This document shows, in pieces, positions 37,187 through 48,600 of a DNA stretch of 64,000 nt. The DNA is taken from positions 13,454,001 through 13,518,000 of the forward strand of contig OX597843.1 of NCBI GenBank assembly GCA_951406725.2, read 5' to 3'. Each line of letters starts with the position of its first letter. Position 1 is the stretch's first letter. The notes beneath the pieces were generated by a model that had not been told where the DNA came from, did no database searches, and saw nothing but the letters and a program-made list of their open reading frames with translations. The stretch comes from Octopus vulgaris. Its lineage: Eukaryota. Both the position numbers and the translations under genes were made by a program.

Positions 37187-39278
37187 CTAGCAGAATTGCC
37201 CGGCGTTGCTCGGGGCTGAATTGCTTGAAAGTACTGTTAATGATTGCACTGAATTATGATGATTATTCAGGCAAATATTGATATAAGCTTACGGTGGGAG
37301 ATAAGGACTTAACGATCAAACGTGTGCCATTGCATTGTTTTGGGGGAACCAAATTTCTGATGAGCATTATAGGGGCACCAACTTTAAGTTTGAGAAAGTG
37401 TGGTGGTAGTCCGGGGTGCTCAAAGGAATTGAGTACCTCTATTGGATAGTTGATGACGTCCTCTGGGTCAGGAGTTATATCGATAGACTGATATACATAG
37501 ACTTCCCCAGGAATGAGTTTTAGCATTTCATCATTAATATGGTGAACAGTTTTATTCCTCGGGGCCAGTATAGCCTTTTTGCCAATCCAATCCATATTCT
37601 GATAATTAGCTTGTAGATCTGGGAACACTGCATCTCTGAGATCAGAAGGCATCTTAACAATGGTACAAATGGAATCGATGGCAATATTACCATTTTCATC
37701 CCCTGGTATTTTGCCTTCGCCAAGTGCAAGGAGGGTGTGAGGAAATGCTGCTGATGTGATATTACGTCGCATATGAGCACACATATTGGTGTGAAGTTTG
37801 AGAGTTACTTCCGTTTATTTAAAAAAATATGCATTAAAATGGAAAAAAATGATGGTAAATTATTTGTAAAATCATAGACTCATCGTAGACGCGCGCTAAT
37901 ACCCAGAAGGGCTCGATATGAATCACGACTATAAGATACCCGGTTTTGGTTAAACTGCATCGCAAAATGTGGGAGTAGTTGGGAATCTAAATCGGAGTAG
38001 ACAGACACACAACCTTTCTTTTATATATAAATATTTTCGTCCTAAAAAACTTTGTATGGATTGCATGGTTACCTCTATGGAAATATATACACGCACATTA
38101 TACATACATGTGTGTATAGATGAATATATAAATACATTTAAATATCTATATACACTTTTGGGCGATCTTTCTGTTTCTTAGAGATAACTTTAGATCTTAT
38201 TTTCGTGCTAAAAAACTTTGTATGGAGTGAATGGTCACCTCTATGGAAATATATACACACACGTTATACATACATGTGTGCATAGATGAATATATAAATA
38301 CATTTATATATCTATATACACTTTTGGGCGATCTCTGTGCTACTTGGATATAGGGGCGATGTTTCGCTTGTCGTAGCACACGTTTCCGTCGATTTCCGTA
38401 AAAAATGTAAACACTGAATCGGCCATACATACATACATACATACATACATTCATACACACATACACACACATACATGCATACATACATATACACATACAC
38501 CGAGTAAAAAAATTCAGTTATCTCTCTCTTTCACACATTACTCTCTCTGTCTCTTCACACACACTAACAGAAGCACTTCACTTACACAACATACTGTCTG
38601 TCTCCCACACTCCATCAAACACACACACACACACACATGTACATCAATGCGTCCCATGCACGGTAACTTCAAAAGAACTTCCCTCGTCATACAATCGCTT
38701 TCTCTTAGTCTCTTTCGCTCTCATTACTTATGTAAAAAAATAAAAGTTTTTTACGGAAATCGACGGAAACCTGTGCTACGACAAGCGAAACATCGCCGAT
38801 ATGGGTCTTATATTCGTCCTAAAAAACTTTCCTGTCACACTCACTCACACGCACGCACACACACACACACACGCACCCTCACACACACACGCACACACAC
38901 ACTCACACACACGCACGTTAGCTTACAATTTTATTTATATATTTGCGTGTCTATGTGTGTAAAGAGGAAGTGGCAGACTGAAAGAGTCACTCACTACAAA
39001 AGGTGAATTACTTTCATTTTATTCGTTGCACACTGTGTGTGTGCGTGTGCGAGTGGTGTAAACCACATTAAGAAAAGCATTTGACATACACACCAGAATG
39101 TGAGTTTTCTGTAAATTTTGCTTAATTGGAGTTTAAATTTTAAAAAGTGGACCTGGCAAAACCCGATGCATTCTACTCTTAAAAATGCTAAGTAAATTGT
39201 AATTGAAGAAATCCTATATTGTAGATTTCTATAACTGACAAAGGGAAGCAGATAAAATCTGCCTTTTATAATAAGAGA
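37187..39278 (-). mobile_element. Non-autonomous Helitron with intact termini
   Basis: The minus strand starts TCTCTTATTATAAAAGG and ends with the hairpin cccgagcaacgccggg, then caattctg-CTAG. It is inserted between A37186 and T39279 with no TSD. Removing it restores the satellite B monomer. Confidence 0.92.
37263..37800 (-). pseudogene. Helitron Rep/Hel PIF1-type helicase fragment
   Basis: F..TLLALGEG...KKAILAPRNKTVHHIN...YPIEVLNS...GLPPHFLKLKVGAPIMLIRNL.PPKQCNGTRL are PIF1/Helitron helicase motifs. The fragment is truncated on both sides. Confidence 0.9.
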
Positions 39279-40438
39279 TTCCCTTGCCATGTCAGAAGTT
39301 TTAGAGAAATATTAAATCTACCCCAGAATTTTACTGCTAATATATTGTATACACCCAACAACAATGAAAGGTAAAGTTAATGTTAGTTTTCTATTACAAT
39401 TGCCTTGGAATCTCAGAAGTTTTACAGGAATATTAAATCTACCCCAGAATTTTACTGCTACTTTATTGTATCCACCCCACAACAATGAAATGTAAAGTTA
39501 GTGTTAGTCTTATATTATAATTCCCTTGCCATCTCAGAAGTTTTAGAGAAATATTAAATCTACCCCAGAATTTTACTGCTAATTTATTGTATCCACCCAA
39601 CAACAATGAAAGGTAAAGTTACTGTTAGTCTTCTATTATAATTCCCTTGGCATCTCAGAAGTTTTAGAGGAATATTAAGTCTACCCCAGAATTTCACTGC
39701 TATTTTATTGTATCCATCCCACAACAATGAAAATTAAAGTTACTGTTAGTCTTCTATTACAATTACAATGAAAGTTAAAGTTACTGTTAGTCTTCTATTA
39801 CAATTACAATGAAAGTTAAAGTTACTGTTAGTCTTCTATTACAATTGCCTTGGCATCTCAGATGTTTTAGAGGAATATTAAATCTACCCCAGAATTTTAC
39901 TGCTTCTTTATTGTATCCACCCCACAACAATGAAAGGTAAAGTTAGTGTTAGTCTTCTATTTTAATTCCCTGGTTATCTCAGAAGTTTTAGAGGAATATT
40001 AAATCTACCCCAGAATTTTACTGCTACTTTATTGTATCCACCGCACAACAATGAAAGGTAAAGTTACTGTTAGTCTTCTATTATAATTCCCTTGGCATCT
40101 CAGAAGTTTTAGAGGAATATTAAGTCTACCCCAGAATTTCACTGCTATTTTATTGTATCCATCCCACAACAATGAAAATTAAAGTTACTGTTAGTCTTCT
40201 ATTACAATTACAATGAAAGTTAAAGTTACTGTTAGTCTTCTATTACAATTACAATGAAAGTTAAAGTTACTGTTAGTCTTCTATTACAATTGCCTTGGCA
40301 TCTCAGATGTTTTAGAGGAATATTAAATCTACCCCAGAATTTTACTGCTTCTTTATTGTATCCACCCCACAACAATGAAAGGTAAAGTTAGTGTTAGTCT
40401 TCTATTATATTTACCTTGTTATCTCAGAAGTTTTAGAG
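39279..40438. repeat. Satellite B (inverted orientation), with 41-bp subrepeats
   Basis: Same monomer, with a 445-bp block duplication. Confidence 0.95.
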
Positions 40439-40853
40439 TGTAGTGATGCTACTGTGTAGGGTTCGGCGCGCATGCGCAGAATGGGAATACTTCCGGGTGG
40501 CCACCGGAAGTCTTCCCCATGCGCATGTGTGAGAAACGTTTCCTTGGGCCCGCCAAACTCAAATCCTTCTCTCTGGCAAGTCAGCCAACGCGATCGGACG
40601 TACATTTCGCAGGCTCTGATAAACTCACCGACTTAGCCGCCAACGACCATCGAACCTCTTCAACAAAACGAGCAAGAAGCTCTACATCAGAGGCTGTCCT
40701 TCTCCCAGCAGACACACGTACGCCATCGCAATAAATAAACGAAATGCTGTCTTTTACCTACAACCTGACTTCGTCTGTATTGTCTTACAAAAATTGTATG
40801 TGACTGGATCTGATCGACACCCTTTCAGTGAATCGATAACCCATCCTGTTACA
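40439..40853 (+). repeat. 5' LTR (415 bp)
   Basis: tgtagtgatgc...cctgttaca, a direct repeat of 45287-45665, with AATAAA near 40730. Confidence 0.95.
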
Positions 40854-40855
40854 AT

Positions 40856-40865
40856 TGGTGACCCC
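40856..40865 (+). promoter_or_regulatory. Primer binding site (tRNA-Trp type)
   Basis: TGGTGACCCC lies 2 nt after the 5' LTR and is complementary to the ...GGGGTCACCA 3' end of eukaryotic tRNA-Trp. Confidence 0.8.
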
Positions 40866-41226
40866 AAGTTGAAAAAAAGAAAAAGAACAGAAGACGCAGC
40901 GAACAGGTTTTTGCCAGATAGAGCACTGAACATTCATTTTTTCATTTTTTCTTTCTTTCAGAACGGCGTGGTGGGTACAAACAAGCTTATTCATCGCAGT
41001 CAGTACACTGAAAAAAAATAAAATAAAACACACACAATATTTCTTTTCCTTTTCTGTACTTTGTTTTCCTTTGTGCATGCACACACTTGTTTTACTACCC
41101 ACGAGGTACACACACCAGTACACAAAAACACAATTTTGATTTGCTTTGTCGGTTCCACGTGTTCTCTCTCCATTTCTCGATCATACCTTCTGCCCCTTTC
41201 TGATAGACTATCTTTCCGACAAAAGC

Positions 41227-41960
41227 ATGGCTTCAGGTTTGCCTTCATTCACGGGGGATTCGGGGCTGTGGCTTGCCCAGGTGGAATCCCATTTTGCCAC
41301 GCATACCATTCCTCCACAACAGCAGTTACATCTGCTGTACTCAAGGTTGCCCTCCCGGCTCGCCTCATCGGTCAGGGATCTCATTATGAGTCCCCACCCT
41401 GACGCCACATATGCGTCAGTAAAGGCAGAAATCCTCCGCCGCAACACGCGGTCGGAGGAAAGTCAGTTCAATGAGCTGATGGCCGACGAGCAGTTGGGGG
41501 ACAGAACTCCATCCCAGTTCCTGCGCCATCTAAGGGAGCTCAGCGGCAACGCAGCGGACGCGCCACTCTTACGAAAAATATTTTTTCCAGGCTGCCTGCC
41601 CACATGCAGACAATGTTGGCCACGGCACTGTCTGTGGACCAGATCGCCACGATGGCCGACAAAGTGTTAGAGTTTTCGCGACCATCTCCCTCGCGGGGCC
41701 TGTACGCATGTACAGAGCCCCCTCCGACACCTCCGACGAACGATAAACTAGCCGAGAAGATCGATGCGCTTATGCAGAGAATCGATGATCTGTGCCGTGC
41801 GATCGGGCGCCAACGTCGCAGTCGTAGTCGCAGTAGCTCTATTTCCCGCAGTCGGAGTAACTCTGTTTCTCGTTCCGGCTGGTGCTGGTACCATTCAAAG
41901 TATGCCGAAAAGGCAGATCGGTGTACCCAGCCGTGCACTTTCCAGCCCTCGGAAAACTAA
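41227..41960 (+). pseudogene. gag: Gag, frameshifted near 41585
   Basis: LPSF...LWLAQVESHF...QLGDRTPSQFLRHLREL in one frame. After the shift comes C-WY-H-x9-C-x3-C (CWYHSKYAEKADRCTQPC), the CsRn1-clade CHCC motif. Confidence 0.88.
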
Positions 41961-44900
41961 ATCCGGAGGAGGTGAGCACGTCACCTTCTTCCATCTCGTT
42001 TCCCAAAAATCGTGTATTCTTTGTAAAAGATCTGGTGTCGAAGAAATTCTTCATGGTGGACACCGGCTCATGTTGCAGCATCTGGCCTCTTCGTCTGGCT
42101 GCAGACAAGCCCAAGCGCTCTTCAATTGTCTTGCATGCTATTGACTCGTCTCCCATAACCACTTACGGTCAGATTTCGCTGCGCCTCGACATCAACCTTC
42201 GTCGAGATTTTCAATAGGGTTTTCGTCATCGCTGACATCCCGCATCCTATTCTCGGCGCTGATTTCCTGGATAGGTTTAATCTATTGGTGGATGTCAGGC
42301 GTCGGAGGCTTCTTGATAGCATGGCGTCGCTCTCTACACCGACTGGGAGTTCCACCACTGCGGTCCTTAGCCCGACATTCTTTGTTGCCACCTCTGGAGA
42401 CCCTTTTCACTCTCTTTTGGTTTCATTTCCGGAGCTAGTGGACATTGCCTTTAAACCGGAAAAGCCTACCCACTCGACCCTCCATTTTATCACCACCACT
42501 GGGCCGCCTGTATTTTCGCGCCCACGGCGCCTTGCGCCAGACCGACTAAGAACGGCCAGGGCCGAGTTTGAGCACATGCTTCAACTTGGCCTTACACGCC
42601 CCTCCACCAGCCCATGGGCGTCTCCCCTTCATTTGGCGCGAAAGGGCGAATCTGATTTTCGCCCGGTTGGAGACTATCGACGCCTCAATGCCGTAACAAT
42701 AGCCGACCGATATCCGATAGGAAATCTCCAGGACTTTACGGCAAATCTCCATGGTTGTACCATTTTTTCGAAGGTTGACCTTATACGCGCGTACCATCAA
42801 ATACCGGTCAACCCAGCCGACGTTCCGAAAACTGCGATCACTACCCCCTTTGGGTGTTTTGAGTTTTTGTATATGAGTTTCAGTTTGCGGAATGCTACTA
42901 GCACTTTCCAGCGTTTCATTGATGAGGTTGTCCGCGGTCTTGATTTTGTGCTTGCCTATGTCGATGATATACTCATTGCGAGCGACACACGTGAAAATCA
43001 TCTCCAGCACCTTTCTCAGCTTTTTCAGCGTCTTCGCGCTTATAGTATACGTATAAATCCCGACAAGTGTGTTTTCGGACACTCTTCCCTAGATTTTCTA
43101 GGCCATCATATTGATTCGAGTGGAATCAGCCCTCTCTCGTCAAAAGTCGATGCCATTCAACGCATCGCACCCCCACTTCCTTGCGCCAGCTCAGGCATTA
43201 TCTAGGGATGATCAATTTCTACAGACGTTTTATTCCCGGTTGTGCAGATAAGCTACTACCTCTCACCAGGCTATTAAAGGACTCTCCTAGAAAGGACAGT
43301 CAAGTCACCCTCTCTGTTGAGGCAGTGACAGCCTTTGAGTCCATTAAGAAGGAGCTGGCTTCTGTTTCTTTGCTTGCACATCCAGTTCCTGGTGCTTCTC
43401 TCTCTTTGACTGTAGACGCATCGGACACTGCGATTGGTGCTGTGTTACAACACACAGTGGATGATCATATTCGACCTCTAGCTTTCTTTTCCCGTCAACT
43501 GCAACCAGCTGAACGACGATACAGCACCTTTGATCGTGAGCTCCTAGCGATCTATCTATCGGTTCGTCATTTCCAGCATCAACTTGAAGGGCGAGATTTT
43601 GTGATCTATACGGATCACAAGCCCCTTACGTTTGCCCTGTGTTCAAAAACGGACAAACTCTCACCCCGTGCTTTTCGGCACCTGGATTTTATCTCTCAGT
43701 TCACTAGCAACATTCGACACATACCTGGAAAAGAGAATGTTCCTGCTGACGCTCTCTCTCGCCTTCCAGTTTGCGCCCTTTCGTCTCCTGCTGCTATCGA
43801 CTTAGCTGCCATCTCGCAGGAGCAGCCACTTAACTTCTCCCAAGTTCTCCTGTTGCCAGTTTTCCTACCTTCCACTTCCGTCAGCCGAAGGCACCATTCT
43901 TTGTGATACTTCCACTGGTTCTCCCAGGCCACTCGTGCCTGAGAACCATCAACGCTCAGTGTTTGAAGCACTGCACTCCTTATCACATCCTGGCATCGCT
44001 GCCACCCTTAAACTAATCACTGCTCGGTTTTTCTGGCCGAATATGCATCGCACTATTACTTCTTGGACACGCACCTGCTCCAAGTGTCAACGGTCCAAGA
44101 TTGCCCCGCTTGGACAATTTCCCCCCACGGAGGCCCGTTTTCGCCATGTCCACATCGATCTGGTTGGACCATGGCCTGTGAGTCGCGGGTTCTCTTATCT
44201 GTTAACTTGTGTCGATCGCTTCTCCCGCTGGCCAGAAGCCATTCCGATAGCAGACATTTCTGCTGAGACTGTTGCGCGAGCTTTCGTTTCAAACTGGATT
44301 TCTCGCTTCGGAGTCCCGTCCCGATTGACAACTGATCGTGGACGTCAGTTTGAGGCCTCGCTATTTCGCGAATTGTCGCGAATTTTAGGTATGCACCATA
44401 TCCACACTACAAGCTACCATCCAGCGTCTAATGGATTAGTTGAGCGGTTCCATAGACAGCTCAAGGCCGCTCTTCGTGCCTCTTCAGACCCACAGTCCTG
44501 GATTGAATTTCTGCCCATTGTGCTTCTCGGCTGTCGGACTGCTGTCAAGGCAGACCTGGGGTTTTCTGCTGCAGAGCTGCTGTATGGTACCACACTGGCA
44601 TTGCCTGGCACGATGTTGGTGCCAGACACTTCCCTGCCCCATGATCCGGCGACCTATGTCACCAGACTGCGTGCATATTTTTCGAACCTTCCACCCATGG
44701 TTCCCAGAAAGCAATCTCCACCATCCCATCTTCCACCGGATATGAACACCTGGTCGCATGTTTTTGTTCGGGACGACTCTGTGAAGGGCCCACTTGTTTC
44801 TCCCTATAAAGGACCTTTCCGTGTGCTTTCTCGCACACCAAAGGTTTTCACGATTGAGATAAATGGTCGTTCGGAGACCGTTTCCGTGGACCGGTTAAAA

Positions 44901-45155
44901 AAAGCGTATTTTGAGACGTCTCCATCTTTTGATGACAACCTTGACACACCCACCTATGCACCTTTAACAACACCTTCACCTGCACAAACGCCTTCACCTG
45001 CACAAACACCTTCACCTGCACAGACGCCTTTGCCTTCACCGGCTCCTACAACACCACCCTCGCCATCAACGGGTGCCCCGAGCACACCGTATGTTACAAA
45101 ATCGGGCAGAACAGTGCATTGGCCCAAGAAACTTTCAAAGACAATCTACATTTAA
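41951..45155 (+). pseudogene. pol: Pol (protease, RT, RNase H, integrase) with several frameshifts/deletions
   Basis: Protease VDTGS; RT PWASPLH, DYRRLN, KTAITTPFG, YVDDILI; RNase H VDASD, DRELLA, TDHKPL; integrase [26 protein letters not shown]. Breaks occur near 42215, 43175 and 43830-43930. Confidence 0.93.
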
Positions 45156-45274
45156 CTTTCTTTCAAATTTTTCTTGTTTTGTATGATAATGTACCAAGTC
45201 TTCTGGGGGATCGGCAAGCCATTTGTTTTCTGCAGCACCAACACAAATTTTCTTGTTGTCGTACTTTCGCACTC

Positions 45275-45283
45275 GAGGGGGAG
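45275..45283 (+). promoter_or_regulatory. Polypurine tract
   Basis: GAGGGGGAG, 3 nt upstream of the 3' LTR. Confidence 0.8.
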
Positions 45284-45286
45284 CCT

Positions 45287-45665
45287 TGTAGTGATGCTAC
45301 TGTGTAGGGTTCGGCGCGGAAGTCTTCCCCATGCGCATGTGCTGGAAACGTTTCCTTGGGCCCGCCAAACTCAAATCCTTCTCTCTGGCAAGTCAGCCAA
45401 CGCGATCGGACGTACATTTCGCAGGCTCTGATAAACTCACCGACTTAGCCGCCAACGACCATCGAACCTCTTCAACAAAACGAGCAAGAAGCTCTACATC
45501 AGAGGCTGTCCTTCTCCCAGCAGACACACGTACGCCATCGCAATAAATAAACGAACTGCTGTCTTTCACCTACAACCTGACTTCGTCTGCAATGTCTTGC
45601 AAAAATTGTATGTGACTGGATCGGATCGACACCCTTTCAGTGAATCGATAACCCATCCTGTTACA
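45287..45665 (+). repeat. 3' LTR (379 bp)
   Basis: Matches the 5' LTR except for a 36-bp deletion and roughly 9 substitutions (counted by eye). Confidence 0.95.
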
Positions 45666-48600
45666 AGAGGAATATTAAATCAAACTCAGAATTTTACTGC
45701 TAATGAAAGTTAAAGTTAATGTTAGTCTTCCATTACAATAACAATGAAAGTTAAAGTCAATGTTAGTCTTCTATTACAATTGACTTGGCATCTCAGAAGT
45801 TTTACATGAATATTAAATCTATCTCAGAATTTTAATGCTACTTTATTGTATCCACCGCACAACAATGAAAGGTAAAGTTACTGTTAGTCTTCTATTATAA
45901 TTTCCTTGGTATCTTAGATACTTTATAGGAATATTAAATTTACCCCAGTATTTCACTGCTACTTTATTTAGCCACACCACAACAATGAAACGTAAAGTTA
46001 CTATTGGTCTTCTATTACAATTGCCTTGGCATCTCAGAAGTTTTAAAGAAATATTAAATCTACCCCAAAATATTACTGCTAATTTATTGTATCCACTCCA
46101 CAACAATGAAAGGTAAAGTTAGTGTTAGTCTTCTATTTTAATTCCTTTGTCATCTCAGAAGTTTTAGATGAATATTAAATCTACCCCAGAATTTTACTGC
46201 TACATTATTGTATCCACCTCACAACAATGAAAGATAAAGTTACTGTTAGTCTTCTATTACAATTCCTTTGGCATCTCAGAAGTTTTAGGGGAATATTAAA
46301 TCTACCCCAGAATGTTACTGCTATATTATTGTATCCACCCCACAACAATGAAAGGTAAAGTTACTGTTAGTCTTCTATTTTAATACCCTTGGCATCTCAC
46401 AATTTTTTGAGGAATATTATATCCACCCCAAAATTTTACTGCTAATTTATTGTATCCACCCCACAACAATGAAAGGTAAAGTTAGTGTTAGTCTTATATT
46501 ATAATTCCCTTGCCATCTCAGAAGATTAAGAGAAATATTAAATCTACCCCAGAATTTTACTGCTAATTTATTGTATACACCCCACAACAATGAAAGGTAG
46601 AGTTACTCTTTTCTTGTATTATAATTCCCTTGGCATCTCAGAAGGTTTAGTGTTATATTAAATCTACCCCAGAATTTTACTGCTACTTTATTGTATCCAC
46701 CGCACAACAATGAAATATAAAGTTACTGTTAGTCTTCTATTACAATTGCCTTGGCATCTCAGAAGTTTTAGAGAAATATTAAATCTACCCCAGAATTTTA
46801 CTGCTACTTTATTGTATCCACCCCACAAACATGAAAGGTAAAGTTAGTGTTAGTCTTCTATTGTAATTTCCTTGGTGTCTTAGATAATTTTATGGGAATA
46901 TTAAATCTACCCCAGTATTTCACTGCTACTTTATGTATCCACCCCACAACAATGAAAGGTAAAGTAACTGTTAGTGTTCTATTACAATTGCCTTGGCATC
47001 TCAGAAGTTTTAGAGGGATATTAAATCTACCCCAGAATTTTACTGCTTTTTATTGTATCCATGCCACAACAATGAAAGGTAAAGTTACAGTTAGTCTTCT
47101 ATTACAATTCCCTTAGAATCTCAGAAGTTTTAGAGGAAGATTAAATCTACCCCAGAATTTTACTACTACATTATTGTATCCACCGCACAATAATGAAAGA
47201 TAAAGTTACTGTTAGTCTTCTATTCTAATTTTCTTGGTATCTTAGATACTTTATAGGAATATTAAATCTACCCCAGTATTTCACTGCTACATTATTTATC
47301 CCCCCCACAATAATGAAACGTAAAGTAACTGTTAGTCTTCTATTATAATTCCCTTGGCATCTCAAAAGTTTTAGAGGAATAATAAATCTACCCCAGAATT
47401 TTTCTGCTAATTTATTGTATCCACCCCACAACAATGAAAGGTAAAGTTAATGTTAGTCTTCTATTATAATTCCCTTGTCATCTCAGAAGTTATAGAGGAA
47501 TATTAAATCTACCCCAGGATTTTACTGCTAATGAAAGTTAAAGTTAATGTTAGTCTTCTTATACAATTACAATGAAAGTTAAAGTTACTGTTAGTCTTCT
47601 ATTACAATTGCCTTGGCATCTCAGAAGTTTTAGAGGAATATTAAATCTACCCCAGAATTTTACTGCTACTTTATTGTATCCACCCCACAACAATGAAAGG
47701 TAAAGTTACTGTTAGTCTTCTATTATAATTCCCTTGGCATCTCTGTTCCTCAAAAGTTTTAGAGGAATATTAAATCTACCCCAGAATTTTACTGCTTTAT
47801 TTATCCACCCACAACAATGAAAGGTAAAGTTAGTGTTAGTCTTCTATTATAATTCCCTTGGCATCTCAGATGTTTTAGAGGAATATTAAATCTACCCCAG
47901 AATTTTACTGCTACTTTATTGTATCCACCCCACAACAATGAAAGTAAAGTTAGTGTTAGTCTTCTATCATCAATTCCCTTGGCATCTCAGAAGTTTATAG
48001 AGGAATATTAAATCTACCCCAGTATTTCACTGCTACTTTATTTTATCCACCCCACAACAATGAAAGGTAAAGTTAGTGTTAGTCTTCTATCATAATTCCC
48101 TTGGAATCTCAGATGTTTTATAGGAATATTAAATCTACCCCAGTATTTCACTGCTACTTTATTTTATCCACCCCACAACAATGAAAGGTAAAGTTAGTGT
48201 TAGTCTTCTATCATAATTCCCTTGGAATCTCAGATGTTTATAGAAATATTAAATCTACCCCAGTATTTCACTGCTACTTTATTTTATCCACCCCACAACA
48301 ATGAAAGGTAAAGTTAGTGTTAGTCTTCTATCATAATTCCCTTGGCATCTCAGATGTTTTATAGAAATATTAAATCTACCCCAGTATTTCACTGCTACTT
48401 TATTTTATCCACCCCACAACAATGAAAGGTAAAGTTAGTGTTAGTCTTCTATCATAATTCCCTTGGTATCTCAGATGTTTATAGAAATATTAAATCTACC
48501 CCAGTATTTCACTGCTACTTTATTTTATCCACCCCACAACAATGAAAGGTAAAGTTAGTGTTTGTCTTCTATCATAATTCCCTTGGAATCTCAGATGTTT

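Larger units (their letters stand above)
40439..45665 (+). mobile_element. Full-length Ty3/Gypsy LTR retrotransposon, CsRn1/Kabuki/Boudicca clade, inactivated
   Basis: TG...CA LTRs, 4-bp TSD AGAG (40435-40438, 45666-45669), a tRNA-Trp-type PBS and a PPT. Domain order is Gag (CHCC motif), PR, RT, RH, IN. Confidence 0.96.

Noticed and set aside
37263-37784. Host PIF1 helicase gene
   Set aside because: Partial domain lying inside canonical Helitron termini.
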